A stretch of 5,655 nucleotides of DNA from a virus. Of this stretch, positions 1 through 5,350 are shown piece by piece. The first letter of the stretch is position 1. The number at the start of each line of letters is the position of its first letter. The stretch is taken from IMG/VR virus record IMGVR_UViG_3300045988_183881, positions 1 to 5,655 of that record, one strand, 5' to 3'. The notes below the pieces were generated by a model, which worked only from the letters and a program-made list of their open reading frames with translations, did not search any database and was not told the origin of the DNA. Made by a program: the position numbers and the translations under genes.

Positions 1-99
1 ATTTTTTTTTAGATCACAAAACCAGTGTCTAAAAAAAAACGTAGCCGTTGACAAAATCAGGATTTTATATACACGGGCGAACAAGCACAGCTTAGGCAA
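1..99. repeat. Terminal direct repeat, identical to 5557-5655. Most simply the overlap of a circularly assembled contig, giving a unique length of 5556 bp.
   Basis: Base-by-base comparison of 1-99 with 5557-5655 shows 99/99 identity. 99 is a common assembler k-mer size (inference). Confidence 0.85.
2..39. repeat. Long AT-rich inverted repeat T9AGA ... TCTA9 with an inner CAC/GTG extension. It forms a 15-bp stem with a one-nucleotide bulge.
   Basis: Bases 2-13 (TTTTTTTTTAGA) are the exact reverse complement of 28-39 (TCTAAAAAAAAA). CAC 15-17 pairs with GTG 25-27, leaving loop 18-24. The T9 also serves as the U-tract of the plus-strand terminator at 5523-5566. Confidence 0.6.
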
Positions 100-106
100 G
101 CTGTGC
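85..106. other. Perfect 9-bp stem / 4-nt loop hairpin (GCACAGCTT aggc AAGCTGTGC), flanked by direct repeats CGnACAAGC.
   Basis: Reverse complement of 85-93 equals 98-106. ACAAGC occurs at 81-86 and 112-117. Neither strand has a T-tract after the stem, so it is not a typical terminator. Confidence 0.5.
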
Positions 107-119
107 TCCGCACAAGCTA

Positions 120-320
120 TCACTGGTCAAACCGGAGTAAATCCTCCGCCCGGATGCCTAAACACTTCGAAAGACTAGCCGCATATTCCAAATTTAATTT
201 AGAAAATAAACGCTGGTGCTGTTCAAGTGCCCTAATAGTACGAACTGGAACACCGGACGCATTCGCAAGGCTAACTTGCGTAAATTTTTTACTTTCTCTC
301 AATTCAACAAAATTACACAT
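120..320 (-). CDS. XRE/Cro-C1 family helix-turn-helix transcriptional regulator, 66 aa.
   Basis: Translation contains a classic HTH_XRE signature: KFTQVSLANASGVPVRTIRALEQ. ATG at 320 is preceded by AAGGAGA with 8-nt spacing. TGA stop at 120-122. Confidence 0.8.
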   Translation of the reverse strand: MCNFVELRESKKFTQVSLANASGVPVRTIRALEQHQRLFSKLNLEYAASLSKCLGIRAEDLLRFDQ

Positions 321-338
321 AAAAATATCTCCTTAAAT

Positions 339-368
339 AAAACCGTGGCGCATTTACACCACGGTTTT
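339..368. terminator. Hairpin with a 10-bp stem and 10-nt loop (AAAACCGTGG / CCACGGTTTT), flanked by T-tracts on both strands. It sits between the Zot-like gene and the XRE gene.
   Basis: Reverse complement of 339-348 equals 359-368. Plus strand is followed by ATTTTATTTTTA; minus sense is followed by TTATTT and then the XRE RBS. It is also a dsDNA palindrome carrying AACCGTG / CACGGTT half-sites. Confidence 0.45.
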
Positions 369-396
369 ATTTTATTTTTAATCATTATCACGTCAA
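369..396 (-). promoter_or_regulatory. Sigma70-like promoter for the XRE gene: TTGACG, 16-nt spacer, TAAAAT on the minus strand.
   Basis: Minus-strand reading of 396-369 is TTGACGtgataatgattaaaaaTAAAAT. The predicted start falls inside the hairpin arm at about 360-362. Confidence 0.4.
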
Positions 397-425
397 AAAT
401 GGTTATATGATTTTTTAACATATCG

Positions 426-480
426 CAACGCCTGGCATCATGGCGGGGACCCCGTGCCCCACCCATTCAACCAGGCGTTG
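426..480. other. GC-rich extended hairpin overlapping the last codons of the Zot-like gene. Outer stem is 10 bp (426-435 with 471-480). Inner GC stem is 442-448 with 457-463, with one mismatch.
   Basis: Reverse complement of CAACGCCTGG (426-435) equals CCAGGCGTTG (471-480). Inner GGCGGGG/CCCCACC pairs 6 of 7. Local GC is about 65% in a genome of roughly 37% GC (estimated by eye). Confidence 0.5.
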
Positions 481-1087
481 TAAATATGTTATAAGTATCA
501 TATAAACTATAGTATTTTTTATGAGCCTTAAAGAACTGACTACCTACCTTTTCTTTCATTGGGTACCATATTTTAACCGATACAAATAGATTGCCTATAC
601 TAATCATGGACAATATTTTTCCAATCAATCCATAATTAGATACTTTTCTATGTACAAGTTCATATTCTATTAATGAGCGTATTTGTCTATCAATCATCCG
701 GTCAAACTGACTCACCAGTACAATATCATATCCGTATTTCCTATGCTGCGTAAAAAAGGATAACCACTCATTACGACCAGTACACCCCCAATCCCTCGAG
801 TTAAATAGTATCTGACATTCATCAATCACTAATAATATACTACCCTCTTTTGGTCTTTTATTTTTAAATAACTTTTGTGAGTATTCTATAAGTCTTTGGG
901 GCGTCAATTCCAAGTTATCAATATAGAAAAACGAATCATAGAATCTTTTAGCCTTTATCTTTTTATAGTTCACATGAACATCAAAATTGCAGATTGTTGG
1001 ACGCCCGGAACGGATTCTATAATACAACTTTTCCGCCAGATGTAATGATTTACCGCTACCCGGCGTACCTGAATACAATGTTATCAA
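467..1087 (-). CDS. Zot / inovirus pI-like morphogenesis ATPase (P-loop NTPase), 206 aa, with an apparent TTG start.
   Basis: N-terminal MITLYSGTPGSGKS is the Zot/pI-type Walker A. LLVIDEC is a Walker B. RBS GAGGTGA lies 7 nt upstream of TTG at 1087; the codon at 1085-1087 is TTG, not ATG. The gene is last in the pIII-pVI-pI order. A possible weak TM segment is GLIGKILSMISIGNLFVSV. Confidence 0.85.
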   Translation of the reverse strand: MITLYSGTPGSGKSLHLAEKLYYRIRSGRPTICNFDVHVNYKKIKAKRFYDSFFYIDNLELTPQRLIEYSQKLFKNKRPKEGSILLVIDECQILFNSRDWGCTGRNEWLSFFTQHRKYGYDIVLVSQFDRMIDRQIRSLIEYELVHRKVSNYGLIGKILSMISIGNLFVSVKIWYPMKEKVGSQFFKAHKKYYSLYDTYNIFTTPG

Positions 1088-1100
1088 TATATATTCACCT

Positions 1101-1328
1101 CTATTCTATTGCCCTAATCCATCTTAAAATAATTTGATACACATAAAACAAACCAATTGCCACAAGCCACGCTTCACCAATTGCAATAATCTGACTTATA
1201 GGCAAGAAGTAATTGAGATAGCCTAAGCATGGCAAATCCTGCATTTTATTTATAAATGTTATAAATGGACTTGTAGGCAAGAACTTTAATATTTTATCGA
1301 ATATGCCCGATACTGCTGAAAAATCCAT
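1101..1328 (-). CDS. Small hydrophobic membrane protein, pVI-like minor coat/assembly protein by position, 75 aa.
   Basis: ATG at 1328 with AGGAG 7 nt upstream. At least two hydrophobic segments. Located between the pIII-like and pI-like genes as in inoviruses. Confidence 0.5.
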   Translation of the reverse strand: MDFSAVSGIFDKILKFLPTSPFITFINKMQDLPCLGYLNYFLPISQIIAIGEAWLVAIGLFYVYQIILRWIRAIE

Positions 1329-1338
1329 AAAAATTCTC

Positions 1339-2955
1339 CTATCCTTTTATAATGTTTCGTGTTACCAAAATCAGACCAACAATGAATGTTAGTAATATTC
1401 CAGTTCTAAATATTGTTACCAGTGGTTGCACCTTGTCAAAATTCAGATGGAACGTATATTCAAAATTTAACGAATCAACTTTTAAAGTATATTCCCAATC
1501 CGGAGCAACAGGTTTCGCCTTTAATACCTCGAAGCACCGAACCAAGTCAAACGGTATGCAGAACGGAAAAATAGTTGTCCATCCGTCATATTTTAATTTG
1601 TTATTCTTATCATCCGTTGGCGGGTCTGGATTAGTTGTATCATCAATAACATCATCAATAGGAATATCCGTATCAATTACAACATCCCCAACCTTATCAA
1701 CCGGAGTAACACCCGGTATAGGTAAGTCAATAACTGCGTCACCTTCCGCCACTCCACCAACCGGAATATCTGACACGGGTACATCAATATCACCGGTTAT
1801 AACTTTGTTTCCTGCTTCATCCTCTCCGGCAGTTTGACCCGGTACAACAACATCATATGCATCCGGGTAAGTACCGCTATTTATTAAATCTAATATTGAA
1901 TCCGGCACAGACAGTCCACCTAATATCTTAGGAAATATAACATCCGGCGCAAGGTCACCACGGACACCATCAACCGCTACAGTTGAGTACAAAATACGCC
2001 CCTTACAATTTACGCAATCAATTAATTGCGCTATACCATATTTATTAGTAATTCCACCATTAAATAAATATGTACCTTGCATTGCTTCAATAGCTTTACT
2101 TATACCATAACTAGGCGCATAACGATAGATAGGTTTGTTGTCAGTACCTATAGCAACTTGATAAACCATACCATTCTCCGACATTGCATTAATTGTATTA
2201 TATAGCGTCCCATCCGCATTATATATATCGTAAACCAAGCCACCGGAATAATTATTATAGCCTGCATACCGCCCTTTTACAGTTGCTTTATCCGGCACAT
2301 TATAGGCAGTAATATAATAATAATATACAGTGCATGGAATGTCAGACCCAGCATATGGATATAATTTAGTTTGACTTGATTGGTATTTATAAATAGTCAA
2401 CGCGTTAAAATCCGTATCATCATACTTAGCTTTTATCTGCTCCATCTGTGCAGTGGTTAAATACGGCAATTCAATAGAAAGCGTATCTGCAATTGACCCC
2501 GGCGTTAATGTTGGATAAGCTTCGTGTGGTTTACTTCCGACCTTTGAGCCATCAGTTCCGGTAAACATATCCGCCGCCCATTCTTTCAACTTATGCCACC
2601 CATCCGAGCCGGCATCCATAACAATGCGTCCAGTTTCCTGCGCATCTTGTATTACATTATCTAACCATATATCAAATGTTTCATCTATACCATCCATTTC
2701 AGAATCAACCGCACTTTTCATGGATTCTAATATTGATTTTGCATCTTTTTCTATAACGTCTTTATTTTCATATGCTTCAGCAGCAGTCCAAGTTATTCCC
2801 AGCATACCTAAAAGCGTTCCCATAACTTCACTTAATGACCATAATGTATACGCCCATTCCGCCGCCTGCGCTTGCTGATAGTCACATACAACAGTTGATA
2901 CAGATAAATATAACGCCATAAATATCATGCATATTCTTTTAGCAATTGTTTTCAT
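1339..2955 (-). CDS. pIII-like adsorption / minor coat protein, 538 aa. It has an N-terminal signal peptide, a Tyr/Gly-rich domain, an acidic D/V/P/I-rich linker and a C-terminal membrane anchor.
   Basis: N-terminus MKTIAKRICMIFMALYLSVSTVVCDYQQAQA-AEW has an n-h-c structure with an AQA cleavage motif. The C-terminus GILLTFIVGLILV is a TM helix. AAGGAGA lies 7 nt upstream of ATG at 2955. It is the largest gene and follows the coat genes. Confidence 0.7.
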   Translation of the reverse strand: MKTIAKRICMIFMALYLSVSTVVCDYQQAQAAEWAYTLWSLSEVMGTLLGMLGITWTAAEAYENKDVIEKDAKSILESMKSAVDSEMDGIDETFDIWLDNVIQDAQETGRIVMDAGSDGWHKLKEWAADMFTGTDGSKVGSKPHEAYPTLTPGSIADTLSIELPYLTTAQMEQIKAKYDDTDFNALTIYKYQSSQTKLYPYAGSDIPCTVYYYYITAYNVPDKATVKGRYAGYNNYSGGLVYDIYNADGTLYNTINAMSENGMVYQVAIGTDNKPIYRYAPSYGISKAIEAMQGTYLFNGGITNKYGIAQLIDCVNCKGRILYSTVAVDGVRGDLAPDVIFPKILGGLSVPDSILDLINSGTYPDAYDVVVPGQTAGEDEAGNKVITGDIDVPVSDIPVGGVAEGDAVIDLPIPGVTPVDKVGDVVIDTDIPIDDVIDDTTNPDPPTDDKNNKLKYDGWTTIFPFCIPFDLVRCFEVLKAKPVAPDWEYTLKVDSLNFEYTFHLNFDKVQPLVTIFRTGILLTFIVGLILVTRNIIKG

Positions 2956-2975
2956 TATGTTATCTCCTTTAATTC

Positions 2976-3008
2976 AAAAACTGGCATGGAAAATTCATTC
3001 CATGCCAG
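2976..3008 (-). terminator. Rho-independent terminator in the minus sense, between the major coat gene and the pIII-like gene.
   Basis: CTGGCATGGAA (2981-2991) pairs with TTCCATGCCAG (2998-3008), giving an 11-bp stem and 6-nt loop. It is followed in the minus sense by TTTTTGAATT (the complement of 2971-2980). Confidence 0.6.
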
Positions 3009-3026
3009 TCAGTTGCTAAGCGCACC

Positions 3027-3191
3027 TTACGCTTTACCGGTCAGCTTTTTAAACACTTTGATGCCGAATGTAACAACCATTACAGCACCGACAACGCCTA
3101 ATGCAACAGGTAATACATTAGCAATTGCAGTATTGCAATTGGTAGCAACAGTTGTAAACGCTTCTGTTAATGCAGTCTGAATACCTTCCAT
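3027..3191 (-). CDS. Major coat protein, pVIII-like, 54 aa: MEGIQTALTEAFTTVATNCNTAIANVLPVALGVVGAVMVVTFGIKVFKKLTGKA.
   Basis: Not in the ORF track because it is under 60 aa. Translated by hand from the reverse complement. It has an amphipathic acidic N-terminus, a hydrophobic core and a basic C-terminus. The genome's strongest RBS, GAGGAGGG, lies 7 nt upstream of ATG at 3191. It is followed by the terminator. Confidence 0.75.
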   Translation of the reverse strand: MEGIQTALTEAFTTVATNCNTAIANVLPVALGVVGAVMVVTFGIKVFKKLTGKA

Positions 3192-3206
3192 TGTTATTCC
3201 CTCCTC

Positions 3207-3341
3207 TCATGCTTTTTTAAAAATCTTTATAATTCCACCGATTGCAAATGATATAACTTCACATGAGCAACCGAATAGAAAACCGCCTATAATACCCATT
3301 CCGAAGATTGTAATTGCACCATAAATATCATATGTTTGCAT
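3207..3341 (-). CDS. Second small coat-like protein, 44 aa: MQTYDIYGAITIFGMGIIGGFLFGCSCEVISFAIGGIIKIFKKA.
   Basis: Hand translation. RBS GGTGAGG lies upstream of ATG at 3341. It is hydrophobic with a basic C-terminus IKIFKKA resembling IKVFKKL of the 54-aa coat. The TGA stop at 3207-3209 is embedded in the RBS of the next gene. Confidence 0.55.
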   Translation of the reverse strand: MQTYDIYGAITIFGMGIIGGFLFGCSCEVISFAIGGIIKIFKKA

Positions 3342-3342
3342 C

Positions 3343-3516
3343 TTAATACCTCACCTTATTAAACAATATTCTTGCGATAACCAGTCCACACAATACACCG
3401 ATTCCAAACAATACACATATAAGCAATACTTCCATATTCCCGGCATGAGTAATTAAATCACTAGATGCAACTTCTGCAATTGTATCTGGCACTTCTGTAG
3501 TTATTACGCTCTCCAT
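3343..3516 (-). CDS. Small membrane protein, 57 aa: MESVITTEVPDTIAEVASSDLITHAGNMEVLLICVLFGIGVLCGLVIARILFNKVRY. It is a pVII/pIX-like or coat-like candidate.
   Basis: Hand translation. It has an acidic N-terminus, one TM segment and a basic C-terminus. The start is 7 nt after the upstream gene's stop, so coupling is possible, but the SD is weak. An alternative start is at M28, about 3435. Confidence 0.45.
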   Translation of the reverse strand: MESVITTEVPDTIAEVASSDLITHAGNMEVLLICVLFGIGVLCGLVIARILFNKVRY

Positions 3517-3523
3517 AGCAGAC

Positions 3524-3751
3524 CTACTTTACCACAACATCAGCAACATAAGCCTTGCCATTATAGCCGCAACTATAACTGACAATAACCTCATGTCCAA
3601 CAGAATCCGGCTTTATTTTTTGTGACAAATCATCAAATAAAAAAATCTTATCAGTTGCTTTACCAACGCAACCGGAAACACCATCCTGTTCCACAAAGAG
3701 TATCTTTCCAACTTTCTTTTTCATCTCTACATATCCGACTAATTTAACCAT
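3524..3751 (-). CDS. Hypothetical beta-rich 75-aa protein at the gV position. Possibly an ssDNA-binding protein; this is a positional guess only.
   Basis: ATG at 3751 is preceded by AGGAGAGGAG. It sits between the rep and coat genes, as gV does in Ff phages. I recognise no diagnostic motif. Confidence 0.45.
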   Translation of the reverse strand: MVKLVGYVEMKKKVGKILFVEQDGVSGCVGKATDKIFLFDDLSQKIKPDSVGHEVIVSYSCGYNGKAYVADVVVK

Positions 3752-3755
3752 CCTT

Positions 3756-3920
3756 TTACTGCTCCTCTCCTAATTCAATAATATCTTTTTTGTACTTTTC
3801 CAATACTGCGGCAATCTCCGGTATAACGACCGCCTCAATAAATACCGCCTGCGATTGAGATTTTGAAGTTACAACAACCTCAAATGCCGCCATTTTTTCT
3901 TTTTCTTCACTGTTTGCCAT
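3756..3920 (-). CDS. Hypothetical acidic helical 54-aa protein: MANSEEKEKMAAFEVVVTSKSQSQAVFIEAVVIPEIAAVLEKYKKDIIELGEEQ. The track's longer 77-aa form starts at 3989, inside rep.
   Basis: ATG at 3920 has GGAG 12 nt upstream and overlaps the last four codons of rep in another frame. A third candidate start at 3893 lies just after the rep stop. Confidence 0.35.
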   Translation of the reverse strand: MANSEEKEKMAAFEVVVTSKSQSQAVFIEAVVIPEIAAVLEKYKKDIIELGEEQ

Positions 3921-4851
3921 TCTCTTTCTTTTCTCCTTTTTGACATTTTTTAAAATATTTATAGTTAACATCCAAGTAACCGCTAACATCCTTTTGATAC
4001 TCTAAATCAGCACCGTAAGAATCAGCTACTTCTTGAATAAAACTATCTACTTCATCCGAGTCTATTAATGCAGTAAATGTTTTCGGTTTTGGAATCGACT
4101 TTGATACAAAATACCGTTGTTTTCCCGGAGTAACAGCACACAAATCTTTTGTTATATATTTAGTTATATAATTAGATACTTTATATGTATCAGTAACTTC
4201 TGTAGCAGTTGAAAAGCCTAGTTTCCAATCATTCAAGTTATAGACAATTTTTCCGTTATATCTTTTTCCGGAATCAGTAAACGTTAAGCCAATAGTATTA
4301 CATAACAATCCGTGTATATGCCAAGCACCATCCTCATGCTGTTCAGGAACAAGCAGATATAATAAGTCATTTGCTTTACGCAGTTTACAATGATTAATCC
4401 ATACGCGGACTCTTTTCATACATATTAAAAAATCGTAACGGTTTTCTATCTTATCTGGCGAATAGGTCAACGTAATAAAATATTCCCATTTACATTGTCT
4501 AGCGTACATATATAATGCCGAACGTGTACGATTGAGAGAACTATAGAGAGAATGCTCTTTCTTACGTTCAATAGCTTTTTCATCAATATCCGTATAAACA
4601 CGTTGAATCTTTTCAGTAAACGGATTATAACAATATTCCGCATCATCAATACGAGGAATAAAACGACCTTGTCCGGTCTTTTCATCAATAACATAAGATG
4701 CAAACCGCCACGCTAATGCATCAGCATTTTTATCAATCATATCAGCACGATAAGAACTTTCACCGTCCAACATTGTATAAACACCTTGTTTATACGTTGC
4801 AACCTCTAACTGACCATTAGCATATTCAGTAATTTTCACATTGTAAGCCAT
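3907..4851 (-). CDS. Rolling-circle replication initiator (HUH endonuclease, superfamily I with two catalytic Tyr, phiX174 gpA / inovirus gII-like), 314 aa.
   Basis: Motif I is YFITLTY, motif II is WHIHGLL (HUH) and motif III is YITKYITK (YxxKYxxK). They are spaced about 50 aa apart. ATG at 4851 is preceded by AGGGA. Confidence 0.85.
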   Translation of the reverse strand: MAYNVKITEYANGQLEVATYKQGVYTMLDGESSYRADMIDKNADALAWRFASYVIDEKTGQGRFIPRIDDAEYCYNPFTEKIQRVYTDIDEKAIERKKEHSLYSSLNRTRSALYMYARQCKWEYFITLTYSPDKIENRYDFLICMKRVRVWINHCKLRKANDLLYLLVPEQHEDGAWHIHGLLCNTIGLTFTDSGKRYNGKIVYNLNDWKLGFSTATEVTDTYKVSNYITKYITKDLCAVTPGKQRYFVSKSIPKPKTFTALIDSDEVDSFIQEVADSYGADLEYQKDVSGYLDVNYKYFKKCQKGEKKENGKQ

Positions 4852-4874
4852 ATTTTTTCCCTAATGGTTGAAAT

Positions 4875-4902
4875 GTGTTGCCATAGTCAAGTAGGGCAAC
4901 AC
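4875..4902. other. Hairpin with a perfect 8-bp stem (GTGTTGCC / GGCAACAC) and 12-nt loop, lying 24-51 nt upstream of the rep start codon.
   Basis: Reverse complement of 4875-4882 equals 4895-4902. There is no flanking T-tract. It lies in the rep leader next to the RBS. Confidence 0.5.
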
Positions 4903-4942
4903 CCTATCACCCGGAACTAACTATTAAAATTGGGTATAAAAA

Positions 4943-4988
4943 AAATAGATAGTTCATAACCTTTCTTTTTGTTATAAACTATCTATTT
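4943..4988 (-). terminator. Extended hairpin plus U8 tract in the minus sense. It is a candidate attenuator/terminator in the rep leader.
   Basis: Outer arms AAATAGATAGTT (4943-4954) and AACTATCTATTT (4977-4988) are perfect. In minus-sense RNA the inner TATAAC/GTTATG pairs with one G-U, giving an 18-bp stem and 10-nt loop. It is followed in the minus sense by TTTTTTTTATA, the complement of 4932-4942. Confidence 0.5.
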
Positions 4989-5049
4989 ATTTTTGTATTG
5001 CACATTAATCTATTCAGCAAAACACCCATTTTGCAAATAGTTTGTAACC

Positions 5050-5086
5050 GCCATGCTCAAAGATAGGAATTCAAATATCGCATGGC
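5050..5086. other. Hairpin with a 7-bp stem (GCCATGC / GCATGGC) and 23-nt loop.
   Basis: Reverse complement of 5050-5056 equals 5080-5086. Confidence 0.35.
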
Positions 5087-5118
5087 ACAAACTACCATTC
5101 CGGCGTTGCCTACATTTT

Positions 5119-5143
5119 CGCAAAACTACGAGCGAGTTTTACG
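5119..5143. other. Imperfect hairpin (CGCAAAACT acgagcg AGTTTTACG), 8 of 9 bp paired.
   Basis: One C-A mismatch. It contains CTACGA, which recurs at 5256-5261. Confidence 0.3.
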
Positions 5144-5163
5144 AATAGATAGCCTATACCCTA

Positions 5164-5192
5164 TATATACCATACTAACACACGGAAGTCAA
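5164..5192 (-). promoter_or_regulatory. Strong sigma70-like promoter on the minus strand: TTGACT, 17-nt spacer, TATATA, with a TGn extended -10. It is directed toward rep.
   Basis: The complement of 5187-5192 is TTGACT. The complement of 5164-5169 is TATATA, preceded by TGg. The spacer is exactly 17 nt, and it contains CACACGG (5179-5185), which resembles the 5368-5374 half-site. Confidence 0.45.
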
Positions 5193-5321
5193 CTTTTTTT
5201 TATCTAGCACACATAAAACAGCGTGTAAACTCTTTTATTCGCAGATAAAAACAATCTACGAATAAAACTTTTGTTTCACAAAAGCAAGGAGTTGACGCAC
5301 TTTTTTATATGCGCAAAGGTA

Positions 5322-5343
5322 GGGAAAATCCGGGGATTTTCCC
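5322..5343. promoter_or_regulatory. Perfect palindrome GGGAAAATCC gg GGATTTTCCC: 10-bp arms with a 2-bp centre. It could be an operator-type site or a hairpin with a 9-bp stem and 4-nt loop.
   Basis: The reverse complement of 5322-5331 equals 5334-5343. Confidence 0.5.
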
Positions 5344-5350
5344 ATAATAG

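Noticed and set aside
48-71. Plus-strand TTGACA (48-53) with TATATA (66-71) as a promoter for an antisense RNA over the XRE gene.
   Set aside because: The spacer is only 12 nt, 13 with the alternative TATACA. That is outside the functional 15-21 range.
1-99. Reading the 99-bp terminal repeats as attL/attR or LTR-like biological repeats.
   Set aside because: Exact identity, a length of exactly 99 (a standard k-mer size) and the absence of any integrase favour an assembly overlap of a circular molecule. Flanking host sequence would be needed to claim att sites.
103-336. Plus-strand 77-aa ORF (GTG start), and the 64-aa ORF at 216-410.
   Set aside because: Both are entirely antisense to the well-supported XRE gene and its promoter region. 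The composition is rich in R/S/W/C, they have no SD, and the start is GTG. They are a typical shadow of a minus-strand gene.
426-480. tRNA 3'-end fragment as an attP core within the GC-rich hairpin.
   Set aside because: No GTTCRANYC T-loop motif and no CCA-adjacent acceptor pattern on either strand.
1352-1837. Plus-strand 161-aa ORF, and the 84-aa ORF at 2624-2878.
   Set aside because: They are antisense to the pIII-like gene. The S/T/G-rich translation mirrors the D/V/I-rich linker on the other strand. They have no RBS.
2986-3180. Plus-strand 64-aa ORF.
   Set aside because: It is antisense to the 54-aa major coat gene and overlaps the minus-strand terminator. The minus-strand reading has a near-perfect SD and a textbook coat-protein layout.
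4467-4703. Minus-strand 78-aa ORF in another frame inside rep.
   Set aside because: It is fully embedded in the Rep ORF. Its translation is low-complexity and rich in L/I/M/R, it has no SD, and nothing supports it.
4884-4889. TTGACT on the minus strand upstream of rep as a dedicated rep promoter.
   Set aside because: No acceptable -10 hexamer lies 16-19 nt downstream; the nearby candidates are CCATTA and ATTAGG.
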